Source: Syntrophales bacterium
GTDB taxonomy: Bacteria > Desulfobacterota > Syntrophia > Syntrophales > UBA5619
Direction: 5' to 3'
Assembly (NCBI GenBank): GCA_030654195.1
Contig: JAURXV010000008.1
Location: forward strand, 93 to 64,092
Length of the DNA stretch: 64,000 bases
The notes beneath the pieces were generated by a model. That model did not search any database. It was not told the origin of the DNA and worked only from the letters and a program-made list of their open reading frames with translations. Shown here one piece after another: positions 26,939-36,302 of the stretch. Made by a program: the position numbers and the translations under genes. Numbering within the stretch: the stretch's first letter is position 1; the number at the start of each line of letters is the position of its first letter.

Positions 26939-28927
26939 ATGGCTGATTATATCTGGCTGATACCCTGTTTCCCGGCATTGGGATTCATCATCAACGCTTT
27001 CCTCGGAAGTCGAATCTCCCGGACCTCTGTTTCCTGGGTCGCCTGCCTTGCGATCTTTTTCTCCTTTCTGGCATCCCTCGCCGTTTTTTTCCAGTTTCTG
27101 GAGATGCCGGCGGCGGCCAGGGTCTTCGAGTCGGACCTCTACAACTGGATCGCCTCGGGCGAATTTCGTGTGCCGATCGGTTTCAGAATCGACGCCCTTT
27201 CGGTGATCATGTGCCTTGTGGTCACGGGGGTGGGGTTTCTGATTCACGTCTATTCCATCGGGTATATGCACGATGATCCCGGATTCAAGCGATTTTTCAT
27301 TTACCTGAACCTCTTCGTCTTCATGATGCTTCTTCTGGTGACGGGGAACAACCTGCTGCTGATGTTCGTGGGTTGGGAAGGCGTCGGGCTCTGTTCCTAT
27401 CTGTTGATCGGTTTCTGGTATGAAAAAGATTCAGCGGTAACCGCCGGCAAAAAAGCATTTATTGTCAATCGGATCGGTGACTTCGGTTTTCTGTTGGGCA
27501 TCTTTCTTTTATTTGTCAGTCTGGGGGAGCAGGGGGTATGGACGCTGAATTTCGGGGAGATACAGAAGAGCGCCCATCTGCTGAACGGCGACGTCGTTAC
27601 GCTGATCACCCTGCTGTTTTTTGTGGGGGCCATCGGAAAATCGGCACAGATCCCCCTTTACGTCTGGCTGCCCGACGCGATGGAAGGGCCGACGCCGGTG
27701 AGTTCGCTTATCCATGCGGCGACGATGGTCACGGCAGGCGTCTACATGATCGCCCGTCTTAATTTCCTCTACAGCATGGCGCCCGAGACCATGATCATTG
27801 TCGCGCTGATCGGCGTATTGACGGCGTTTTTCGCCGCCTCCATCGGTTTCGCCCAGTATGACATCAAGAAGATCCTCGCCTATTCCACCATCAGCCAGTT
27901 GGGCTTCATGTTCGTGGCCATGGGTGTGGGCGCCTATGCGGCGGGCATTTTCCATCTGATGACCCACGCCTTTTTCAAGGGACTCCTCTTCCTGGCGGCG
28001 GGAAGCGTGATGCACGCGATGAGCGGTGAGTTGGACCTGAGGAACATGGGGGGATTGAGAAAGAAAATCCCGGTCACCTACTGGACCTTTTTTATCGCCT
28101 GCCTGGCCATTTCCGGGATACCCGGATTTTCAGGATACTTCAGCAAGGACGAGATCCTCTGGAAGGCCTTCAGCTCTTCTCAAGGCCATACGCTGATCTG
28201 GCTGCTGGCCGCCGTGACGGCCGGGATGACCGCCTTCTACATGTTTCGGCTTTTCTTCACCGTCTTTCACGGGGAAAGTCGCGCCTCCGCGGAGACCAAA
28301 CATCATATCCACGAATCCCCCAAGGTGATGACCATCCCGTTGTCGATCCTGGCCTTTTTATCCCTTGTCGGCGGTTACGCGGGCATTCCTTCCCTGCTGG
28401 GAGGGAATAACGCGATCGAACACTTTCTGGCGCCGATTTTCGGTTCGGCAACGCCTGCGCCATCCACAGCGGGCGGTTTTGATCTGATCGGTGCGGCCTG
28501 GGCGTCCACGACGGCAACGGCGGGGCACGACGGCTCACTGGAAATGACCCTGATGGTTGCCTCCGTGATGATCGCCCTTTTCGGAATAACCCTGGCCTAC
28601 ATCCTCTACGTCAAGAGGCCTGAGCTGCCGGGACGGTTTACGGCAACCTTCTCTCGACTCTATCGCGCCGTCAATAATAAGTATTTCGTAGATGAGTTTT
28701 ATGAGCTGCTCTTTGTCCGAGGCACCCTGAAGGCGGGCGCCCTGCTCCTCAAGGTGGTGGACAACGGCATGATCGAAGGCGCCGTCAACGGTATGGCCGT
28801 TGTCGTGGAACGGGCGGGCGGACGATTAAGACGGCTTGAGACCGGTTACGTTCAGGAATATGCGCTCGCCATCATCCTCGGCGCCGTGATCGTGATCGGT
28901 TATCTCGTTGTAATACCGATGTTTTAG
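26939..28927 (+). CDS. nuoL: NADH-quinone oxidoreductase subunit L
   Basis: 662 aa antiporter-like subunit. WEGVGLCSYLLIGFW, GKSAQIPLYVWLPDAMEGPTPVSSLIHAATMVTAGVY. Confidence 0.95.
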   Translation: MADYIWLIPCFPALGFIINAFLGSRISRTSVSWVACLAIFFSFLASLAVFFQFLEMPAAARVFESDLYNWIASGEFRVPIGFRIDALSVIMCLVVTGVGFLIHVYSIGYMHDDPGFKRFFIYLNLFVFMMLLLVTGNNLLLMFVGWEGVGLCSYLLIGFWYEKDSAVTAGKKAFIVNRIGDFGFLLGIFLLFVSLGEQGVWTLNFGEIQKSAHLLNGDVVTLITLLFFVGAIGKSAQIPLYVWLPDAMEGPTPVSSLIHAATMVTAGVYMIARLNFLYSMAPETMIIVALIGVLTAFFAASIGFAQYDIKKILAYSTISQLGFMFVAMGVGAYAAGIFHLMTHAFFKGLLFLAAGSVMHAMSGELDLRNMGGLRKKIPVTYWTFFIACLAISGIPGFSGYFSKDEILWKAFSSSQGHTLIWLLAAVTAGMTAFYMFRLFFTVFHGESRASAETKHHIHESPKVMTIPLSILAFLSLVGGYAGIPSLLGGNNAIEHFLAPIFGSATPAPSTAGGFDLIGAAWASTTATAGHDGSLEMTLMVASVMIALFGITLAYILYVKRPELPGRFTATFSRLYRAVNNKYFVDEFYELLFVRGTLKAGALLLKVVDNGMIEGAVNGMAVVVERAGGRLRRLETGYVQEYALAIILGAVIVIGYLVVIPMF

Positions 28928-28953
28928 ATAAAGTAATGGATCGGTGAATAGAC

Positions 28954-30477
28954 ATGGTATTCCCTCTGTTGAGCACAATTATTTTTTTACCCCTGGGCGT
29001 TGCGCTTGTTTTGATACTGCTGCCGCGGAAAAACCCCCTTCTGATAAAGGTTTTTACCCTCATCTGGACGATTCTGGAATTTGGTCTCTCCCTCCCGCTG
29101 TTCTTCAATTTTAATGAAAAAACGGCGGGGATGCAGTTCATGGAAAACCTGGATTGGTTTCCCGAATTCGGCATCGGCTACATCCTCGGCGTGGACGGCA
29201 TCAGCATGCTCCTGGTGCTTTTGACAACCTTCCTCACCGTGCTGTGCGTGCTCTGTTCCTGGAACTCGATCACGGATAAAGTGAAGGAATACTATGCGTC
29301 GTTCCTGCTGTTGGAAACGGCCATGTTAGGCGCCCTCTGCGCACTGGATCTCGTCCTCTTTTACATCTTCTGGGAGCTGATGCTGGTGCCCATGTACCTC
29401 CTCATCGGGGTCTGGGGCGGCCCGCGCCGGATCTATGCGGCCATCAAGTTTTTTCTCTTTACCATGGTGGGCAGCGTGCTGATGCTCCTGGCGATCATGG
29501 CCCTCTATTTCCACTACGGCCGCGATACGGGGCTCTATACCTTCAACCTCCTGGATCTCTACAAGGCAAACATCCCGGTCATGAAGCAATACTGGCTCTT
29601 TGCCGCCTTTGCGCTCTCCTTCGCCATCAAGGTGCCGATGTTCCCCTTTCATACGTGGTTGCCCGACGCCCACACAGAGGCGCCCACGGCAGGCAGCGTC
29701 ATTCTGGCCGGCGTCCTGCTGAAAATGGGGACTTATGGATTCCTGAGGTTTGCCATTCCCCTCTTCCCGCAGGCCGCCTTCGCCGCGGCGCCGATCATCT
29801 CCATTCTCGCGCTGATCGGGATCATCTACGGCGCCATCATGTGCATCATGCAGACCGACCTGAAAAGGCTGATCGCCTACTCATCGGTCAGCCACCTGGG
29901 GTATGTGATGCTCGGCATCTTTGCCTTCAACATGCAGGGGCTGGAAGGGGGCATCTACCAGATGCTCAATCACGGCGTCAGCACCGGGGGGCTCTTCCTC
30001 ATCGTCGGCATGATCTATGAGAGACGGCATACGCGGATGATCGCCGACTTCGGCGGGCTTTCCAAAGTCATGCCGAGGCTGGCCGTTTTTTTCATGATCA
30101 TCACGCTCTCCTCGATCGCGCTGCCCGGCACGAACGGCTTCGTGGGCGAATTTCTGATCCTGCTTGGCGTTTTCAGAAGCAATATAAGCTATGGGGTGCT
30201 GGCCGCCTCCGGCGTCATTTTAGGCGCCGTGTACATGCTGTGGATGTTCCAGCGCGTCATGTTCGGACAGATTACGAAGGAGGAGAATAGAGGTTTAAAA
30301 GACATTTCGAAAAGGGAAACGGTCATCCTTTGCGCGATTGTCTTTTTCATATTTTTCATGGGACTCTATTCCCAGGCTTTCTTCAGGAAGATGGACGCAA
30401 CGGCCGCAGGCTATCTCCAGAACATGCAGACGAAAATTGCGAGTTACAATCCGGCGGGCCCGGTTCCATGGAGATGA
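28954..30477 (+). CDS. nuoM: NADH-quinone oxidoreductase subunit M
   Basis: 507 aa. FAIKVPMFPFHTWLPDAHTEAPTAGSVILAGVLLKMGTYG. Confidence 0.95.
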   Translation: MVFPLLSTIIFLPLGVALVLILLPRKNPLLIKVFTLIWTILEFGLSLPLFFNFNEKTAGMQFMENLDWFPEFGIGYILGVDGISMLLVLLTTFLTVLCVLCSWNSITDKVKEYYASFLLLETAMLGALCALDLVLFYIFWELMLVPMYLLIGVWGGPRRIYAAIKFFLFTMVGSVLMLLAIMALYFHYGRDTGLYTFNLLDLYKANIPVMKQYWLFAAFALSFAIKVPMFPFHTWLPDAHTEAPTAGSVILAGVLLKMGTYGFLRFAIPLFPQAAFAAAPIISILALIGIIYGAIMCIMQTDLKRLIAYSSVSHLGYVMLGIFAFNMQGLEGGIYQMLNHGVSTGGLFLIVGMIYERRHTRMIADFGGLSKVMPRLAVFFMIITLSSIALPGTNGFVGEFLILLGVFRSNISYGVLAASGVILGAVYMLWMFQRVMFGQITKEENRGLKDISKRETVILCAIVFFIFFMGLYSQAFFRKMDATAAGYLQNMQTKIASYNPAGPVPWR

Positions 30478-30490
30478 AAGGTAGGAAAAT

Positions 30491-31948
30491 ATGGTTGTCA
30501 TGAAACCGGAACTTGCCTTCGGTTGGATCATGCCGGAGATTGTGATTACGCTCTCCGCTGTTTTCATTTTACTGTTGTCCGCCTTTCGCCGGAAGAGCGA
30601 TATCGGGCGCCTTGCGGGCGGCGTATCGCTGATCGGCGCAGGTCTCGCGTTTTTCCTGACCTGCCGGTTATGGAACAGCGACGTCGACATCTATAACGGA
30701 CTTTACACGATCGACAACTTCGGCCTTTTTTTCAAGGCGCTGGTGCTGGTGATTTCGCTTCTCGTGACGCTGTTGTCGCTCCGGTACGTTGAACGGGAAG
30801 AGATGATCAAAGGTGAATATTACGCGCTGCTGCTGTTCGGCATCCTGGGCATGATGATCATGGTTTCCTCCAACCATTTCGTCACCATCTTCATCGGCCT
30901 GGAGGTCATGTCCATCGCAATCTATGTCCTTTGCGGCCTCCTGATCGGCAATCCCCGATCGGCGGAGGCCTCTCTCAAGTACTTTTTACTGGGGGCCTTT
31001 GCCACCGCCTTTCTGCTGTACGGCATCGCGCTGATCTACGGCACGACCGGCATACTGGATGTCCGCGAAATTGCGCGTTATGTGACCTCAGGAAACTTCC
31101 TGATTACACCCGCCTTCATGGCGGGGATGGCCCTGCTCATCGTGGGGTTCGGTTTCAAGACGGCCTCCGTCCCCTTTCATATGTGGACGCCCGATGTCTA
31201 TGAGGGCGCCCCGACCTCCATCACCGCGTATATGGCGACAGGCGTGAAGGCCGCGGCCTTCGGCGCATTTCTCCGGGTCTTCTACACGGCCCTCTACCCC
31301 TTTCTTACGGAATGGTCCGGCATGTTATGGATCATCGCCGTCCTGACGATGACCCTGGGAAACATCACCGCCCTGATGCAGAACGATATCAAAAGGATGC
31401 TCGCCTATTCCAGCATCGCCCATGCCGGATACATTCTGATCGCCTTCGCCGTCGGCGACCGGATTTTTTCCGCGAGTATTCTCTTTTATCTGCTGGTTTA
31501 CACTTTCATGAATATCGGGGCCTTTGCGGTCGTCATCCTTCTGGGTCGGAAAGAGGCGCCCAATACCGGCATCGAATCCTATGCGGGCCTCGCGACAAGG
31601 CACCCGATGATCGCGTTGGCGATGAGCGTTTTTCTGCTCTCGCTGGCGGGCGTCCCGCCCCTTGCCGGCTTTATGGGCAAGTTTTATGTCCTCAGCGACG
31701 CCATCAAAGCCGGATATTACTGGCTGGCGATCATCGGCGTACTCAACAGCGTGGTGGCCGTTTACTATTACCTCCGGGTCATCATGTACATGTATTTCAA
31801 GGAACCGGAAGGCGAGATCGGCAGAATGGATCTCTCTCCGGCCTACGCGGTCGTGATTGTAGTCAGCATCTGGGCGTTGATCCACATGGGCGTCTTCCCG
31901 CGCTCTTTCCTGCTGATCGCGAGGGAATCGGTCAACATTTTCATGTAG
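30491..31948 (+). CDS. nuoN: NADH-quinone oxidoreductase subunit N
   Basis: 485 aa (an alternative start at 30500 is possible). FKTASVPFHMWTPDVYEGAPTSITAYMATG. Confidence 0.95.
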   Translation: MVVMKPELAFGWIMPEIVITLSAVFILLLSAFRRKSDIGRLAGGVSLIGAGLAFFLTCRLWNSDVDIYNGLYTIDNFGLFFKALVLVISLLVTLLSLRYVEREEMIKGEYYALLLFGILGMMIMVSSNHFVTIFIGLEVMSIAIYVLCGLLIGNPRSAEASLKYFLLGAFATAFLLYGIALIYGTTGILDVREIARYVTSGNFLITPAFMAGMALLIVGFGFKTASVPFHMWTPDVYEGAPTSITAYMATGVKAAAFGAFLRVFYTALYPFLTEWSGMLWIIAVLTMTLGNITALMQNDIKRMLAYSSIAHAGYILIAFAVGDRIFSASILFYLLVYTFMNIGAFAVVILLGRKEAPNTGIESYAGLATRHPMIALAMSVFLLSLAGVPPLAGFMGKFYVLSDAIKAGYYWLAIIGVLNSVVAVYYYLRVIMYMYFKEPEGEIGRMDLSPAYAVVIVVSIWALIHMGVFPRSFLLIARESVNIFM

Positions 31949-32185
31949 GAAAAGATGGTCGGTTTCGCAAACAGCCACCTTACCCTCACCCCGGCGTTAA
32001 CCGATGTCCGGGCCATTCCGGGGATATCATATCGATCATCGGGAATTTCCCCCCCCCCCTTCACTTCCTTCGTTTTGCTGCATAAGCCTGCTCCGTTCCA
32101 AATTCTGCAATGCGGAGATGATGGCGGATCTGGAATACACGAAATTCATGGAAGAAAGTTATGGGATTCTTGAAGAGGGTGTTTT

Positions 32186-33088
32186 CTAATCGGCACGAAT
32201 GCCATAGAGATTGTTCGGTGGCGTGACGCCTCTTTTCTCCAAGGATACACTGCATTCCGTGAAATGCGGCTTTCCCTTGCGGTTATGGGCTACCAGCGCC
32301 TGAACCACCTCCCAGCTCACTTCATTTCTTTCTGCCATCATGGTGATCTCCTCAAGAGCAGTGCGATTGTCGAAAGATACGGGCCGATATGGCCTCGTGG
32401 AAGTCAAGGCGTCATAGATATCGCAGACAGCCACGATCTCGACCATGCGGTCATTCAGACTGATGCCCCTGGGATATCCCGAGCCGTTTCTTTTCTCATG
32501 GTGATCTCTGGCGACACGGGCGGCAAGATTCCCGATCTCCTGCGAGTAATAGCAGAGGAGAATATACCCTGCCATGGTATGATGTTCCAGGTTTTTTCTC
32601 TCGTCCCGCGTGAGAGGCGTCGTCTTCCTCAAGATTTCGACAGGAACACATACCTTGCCGAAGTCGTGCAGAGGACCGGTTGCCGCCTCTCTGATCCTGA
32701 CTCGATAATCGGGTACAAGCTCCTTGGAGAGAAGGATTGAAAAGGCAAATACCATCAGGATATGGCGGTAGGTGTACGGATCATTCTTTATAAAGTATTC
32801 CACGGAATCCAAAATAGGCCGGGCAAACTGTACCTTCTCCATTAATTCAATAACTTCAGCAAGATCATTCTCATTACTGAAGAGCGCATTACCGGGAGGC
32901 TGTCTAACAAAATGCAGGATGTCTTCCCTTACCGTTCCGAATTGCAGGAAGGGGGTTTTTTGTTGATCATCAGCTCTGCCGGAAGAGATGAGGGCATGCA
33001 AATCCTCTTCTGACAAGGTGGTTCCGGCAGGGAGCAGCATCTGTCTGTCCAATGAATAAACCGGGTAGCCGAGCGTCCATTTGGACAT
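32186..33088 (-). CDS. HD-GYP domain protein (putative c-di-GMP phosphodiesterase)
   Basis: 300 aa with a GGAGGA RBS. HDFGKVCVP...HHTMAGYILL...HHEKRNGSGYPRG, i.e. HD plus a GYP signature. Confidence 0.85.
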   Translation of the reverse strand: MSKWTLGYPVYSLDRQMLLPAGTTLSEEDLHALISSGRADDQQKTPFLQFGTVREDILHFVRQPPGNALFSNENDLAEVIELMEKVQFARPILDSVEYFIKNDPYTYRHILMVFAFSILLSKELVPDYRVRIREAATGPLHDFGKVCVPVEILRKTTPLTRDERKNLEHHTMAGYILLCYYSQEIGNLAARVARDHHEKRNGSGYPRGISLNDRMVEIVAVCDIYDALTSTRPYRPVSFDNRTALEEITMMAERNEVSWEVVQALVAHNRKGKPHFTECSVSLEKRGVTPPNNLYGIRAD

Positions 33089-33383
33089 CGAGATCCTCCG
33101 TTTATGAGATGAAACAATAGATACCCCTCTCGGGGGGCAGTGAAAGTACCGGAGTCCGGAAAGAGGCTATCCCCTTTTTCTTTGTGAAGTCAATACCTTT
33201 TTTGTCCAATTTCCCGCTGATGGCCCATTTCTCCGGAACAACGAGGGGGCCTGCGCCTGTTCCAGCCGGAAGCTTCTTTTGAGACACGGAATCCGGAATG
33301 CCGGTGATTAAAGGTTGAAAATCCGACCGTATCGAAGTATGTTCACTAAAAAAAAGGTATCTACGGTATCTATGGAGGAGAGC

Positions 33384-34250
33384 ATGTTTCACAAAACCCC
33401 CGGTCTGGCGGTCGTGGTTGTTGCGTTTCTTATCCTTGGCGCGGGCGGCTGCGTCGCCAAGAGCGACTATCTCCGGAAACAGGCCGAGGCCGATGCCCTG
33501 AACCGCGATCTGGCGGCCCAGACGGCGCAAAACGCCGACTTCAATGCGCAAATTGAAAAGTTGACTGCCGCGACGGAGGGGCTGATTGCCGATAAGAACA
33601 GACTGATTGTCGACACGGAGAGGCTTGAGAAGGAACGGACCGAGAGAGACGCCCGCCTGAACAGAATCACAGAGGAGACAAGCCGGACCATCGAGGAGCT
33701 GCGGAACCGGAACATCGAACTGGAAGGCGACAAGCAGATGCTCGCGGAAAGCATCTCCCTGTTGAAGAAAACGAAAGAGGTGGAGGTCCGGACGGTCAGC
33801 AAGACCTACGAGGATCTCCTCTCCGAGATGAAGAGCGAAATCGCGCAGGGGCAGATCGCAATTACCGAGCTTAAAGGGAAACTGACCGTGGATGTTGTGG
33901 ACAAGATCCTCTTCGACTCCGGTCAGACGGAAATCCGACCGGAGGGTCTGGGCGTGCTGAAGCGCGTCGTCGAGATTCTGATGACCGTGACGGACAAGGT
34001 GATTCGCGTCGAGGGACACACGGACAGCATCCCGATCGGAGGGGCCCTCGCAAAAAGGTATCCCACAAACTGGGAGCTTTCCGCGGCGCGGGCGCTCAAC
34101 GTCACCCGGTTCCTGGAAAAGGAGGGAATCGATCCCGCCCTGCTCTCGGCGGTTGCCTTTGGGGAACACCAGCCGATTGCCGAAAACGACACCCCCGAAG
34201 GGCGGGCGAGGAACCGCCGGATCGCGATCATCCTTCTGCCGAAAGAATAA
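33384..34250 (+). CDS. OmpA/MotB-family lipoprotein with coiled-coil region
   Basis: Frame of ORF 33315..34250. I prefer ATG 33384 (GGAGGAG 5 nt upstream). Lipobox LILGAGGC, a long coiled coil, and a C-terminal OmpA domain (VEGHTDSIPIG...NWELSAARALNV...GRARNRRIAIIL). Confidence 0.85.
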   Translation: MFHKTPGLAVVVVAFLILGAGGCVAKSDYLRKQAEADALNRDLAAQTAQNADFNAQIEKLTAATEGLIADKNRLIVDTERLEKERTERDARLNRITEETSRTIEELRNRNIELEGDKQMLAESISLLKKTKEVEVRTVSKTYEDLLSEMKSEIAQGQIAITELKGKLTVDVVDKILFDSGQTEIRPEGLGVLKRVVEILMTVTDKVIRVEGHTDSIPIGGALAKRYPTNWELSAARALNVTRFLEKEGIDPALLSAVAFGEHQPIAENDTPEGRARNRRIAIILLPKE

Positions 34251-34262
34251 TGAAAATGGGAC

Positions 34263-34442
34263 GGCTTCGTAAAAAGGTAGCAGGCAAGGCGTGCGAATCC
34301 TGAGGAATGAGGCGTCGGGGACATGTGGGGACACCTTGCCGCAAGGTGTCCCCAAGCCCAAAGGGATCGGAACGTGTCCCCGGAACACGCCGCAATGACG
34401 AAGGATGAAGCGCAACGCAACATCCGGACTTTTTACGAAGCC
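34263..34442. repeat. IR-flanked ~180-bp intergenic element (copy 2), carrying a nested GGGGACA palindrome
   Basis: Perfect 14-nt inverted repeat GGCTTCGTAAAAAG (34263-34276) / CTTTTTACGAAGCC (34429-34442). The right end CATCCGGACTTTTT matches copy 1. The internal 27-nt palindrome is at 34327-34353. Confidence 0.55.
34327..34353. repeat. 27-nt palindrome GGGGACA-N13-TGTCCCC (type I), intergenic copy
   Basis: GGGGACACCTTGCCGCAAGGTGTCCCC. Extra half-sites GGGGACA at 34317-34323 and TGTCCCC at 34375-34381. Confidence 0.8.
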
Positions 34443-34471
34443 GTTATAATGAATCGGAATCGGGCGCAAAC

Positions 34472-35542
34472 ATGACGGTCCTACCCAACATCCGTGACCT
34501 CTCCCTGGAGGAGATCGAGGTTTTAATCGCCAGCCTCGGCAAGGAGAAGTACCGCGCACGGCAGATCATGAAATGGCTTTACATCGGCGGTGCGACCTCC
34601 TTCGCGGAGATGACAACCCTAGCCCGGGAGTTCCGCACCCGGATGGAGGGGATCACCCGAATCGCCGAACCCGCAATCGACCGGATACAGACCGCGTCAG
34701 ACGGGACGAAAAAGGTCCTCTTCCGCATCGAGGAGGGTCTCTTCATCGAAAGCGTCCTGATCCCCGGACGGAACCACTGGACCGCCTGCATCTCAACCCA
34801 AGCGGGCTGCGCGATGGGCTGCCGCTTCTGCCTGACCGCACGGCAGGGGCTCAGGCGAAACCTCCTCCCCTCCGAGATCACCGGCCAGATGACGATGCTC
34901 CGGCGCCACACGCCCGAGGGGCCGGAGATCAAGAACATCGTTCTGATGGGAATGGGGGAACCGCTTGCGAACTTCGACCACACCCTGAAGGCGATCCGGA
35001 TCCTCACCTCCGATCACGGTCTCGGTTTCTCCAACCGGAAAATCACCGTCTCCACCTGCGGCATCGCCCCACTGATCGTGAAACTTGGAAAAGAGCTCTG
35101 CGTCAACCTCGCCATCTCGCTCAACGCCCCGGACGACCGGCGACGGGATGAGCTGATGCCCGTGAACCGGAAATACCCGCTGAGGGAGCTGCTGGCCGCC
35201 TGCCGGGACTACCCGATGCCGGGGCGGCGAATGCTGACCTTCGAGTACATCCTCATGGCCGGCGTCAACGACTCTCCGGCGGATGCGGAAAAACTGGCCC
35301 GCCTGCTCCGCGGCGTCCGCTGCAAGTTGAACCTCATCGCCTTTAATGAGTTTCCCGGTGCACCCTACCGGACCCCAACCCCGGAGGCGGTCTCGGCCTT
35401 TCAACAGGTCCTGCTCGACCGCCATTACACCGCCATCCTCCGCGCGAGTCGCGGCCGGGACATCCTCGCCGCCTGCGGCCAGTTGAGCGGTCAGACAGCC
35501 GCCGACAATGGATTCCCCGCGGTGGAATTCGGCAATATATGA
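34472..35542 (+). CDS. rlmN: 23S rRNA (adenine2503-C2)/tRNA methyltransferase, radical SAM
   Basis: 356 aa. RARQIMKWLY, the radical-SAM motif GCAMGCRFCLT, MGMGEPLAN, and C-terminal GRDILAACGQL. Confidence 0.9.
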   Translation: MTVLPNIRDLSLEEIEVLIASLGKEKYRARQIMKWLYIGGATSFAEMTTLAREFRTRMEGITRIAEPAIDRIQTASDGTKKVLFRIEEGLFIESVLIPGRNHWTACISTQAGCAMGCRFCLTARQGLRRNLLPSEITGQMTMLRRHTPEGPEIKNIVLMGMGEPLANFDHTLKAIRILTSDHGLGFSNRKITVSTCGIAPLIVKLGKELCVNLAISLNAPDDRRRDELMPVNRKYPLRELLAACRDYPMPGRRMLTFEYILMAGVNDSPADAEKLARLLRGVRCKLNLIAFNEFPGAPYRTPTPEAVSAFQQVLLDRHYTAILRASRGRDILAACGQLSGQTAADNGFPAVEFGNI

Positions 35543-35663
35543 ACAGATCCGCTTTACAACTTATCAAACATGAAGTATGTGATCATCGCTATCCTCTATT
35601 TTTCCCAAGTGCTTGATCGGATCCTGGTAGATGCATTTTCCAATCTTTTTCAAGGAGAAAAAA

Positions 35664-36230
35664 ATGAAGGTCGTTGCGTTTAACGGTAGCCCAAGAAAGG
35701 ACGGCAATACATCGATCCTGATCCATCATGTTTTCAGCGAACTTGAAAAACAGGGGATTGAAACCGATCTGGTGCAGCTCTCAGCAAAGGAAATTCATGG
35801 CTGCATCGCCTGTTACAGGTGCAGTCAAAACCCGGACCGGCATTGCGCTGTAAAAAGTGACGCAGCAAACGAATATATCGATAAGATGCTCGGTGCAGAC
35901 GGGATTATCCTTGGCTCGCCCGTCTACTTTCAGGATGTTACGCCTGAAATGAAGGCCCTGATTGATCGTACCGGTTATGTTGCGAGATCCAACGGCAGAA
36001 TGTTCAAGGACAAGGTTGGGGCATCCTTGGTTGCGTTGCGACGGTCAGGAGGGATTAGCACTCTTGACACCATGAACCATTTTTTTCTGAGTGGACAGAT
36101 GATCATTGTGGGTCGGGGAATCGCTTTCGGCCGGGAAATAGGTGAAGTAGAAAAGGACGATGAAGGGATCGGGCTCGTGAAATTACTCGGGCAAAAGATG
36201 GCCTGGCTACTTAAAAAAATATATGGGTAA
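35664..36230 (+). CDS. flavodoxin-fold NADPH-dependent FMN reductase / iron-sulfur flavoprotein (Isf)-like
   Basis: Frame of ORF 35631..36230, start at ATG 35664 (AAGGAGAAAAAA upstream). MKVVAFNGSPRKDGNTS and a compact Cys motif CIACYRCSQNPDRHC (CX2CX2CX7C). Confidence 0.75.
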   Translation: MKVVAFNGSPRKDGNTSILIHHVFSELEKQGIETDLVQLSAKEIHGCIACYRCSQNPDRHCAVKSDAANEYIDKMLGADGIILGSPVYFQDVTPEMKALIDRTGYVARSNGRMFKDKVGASLVALRRSGGISTLDTMNHFFLSGQMIIVGRGIAFGREIGEVEKDDEGIGLVKLLGQKMAWLLKKIYG

Positions 36231-36302
36231 ACGGGCTCATCAAACATTTATTGAAATGGCAGAGCGTCGAAAGTGGAGGGTATTTTGAGAAAGGAGAACG
36301 AT

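Noticed and set aside
32004-32189. 61-aa ORF downstream of nuoN (ends ...MMADLEYTKFMEESYGILEEGVF)
   Set aside because: It spans the C11 tract, has no RBS and overlaps the HD-GYP stop. There is no supporting motif.
33102-34559. 485-aa minus-strand ORF spanning the OmpA-like gene and the repeat-rich intergenic region
   Set aside because: It is antisense to a well-supported OmpA-family gene. It stays open across the palindromic repeats (translating them as GTPCGKVSP) only because the repeats lack stops.
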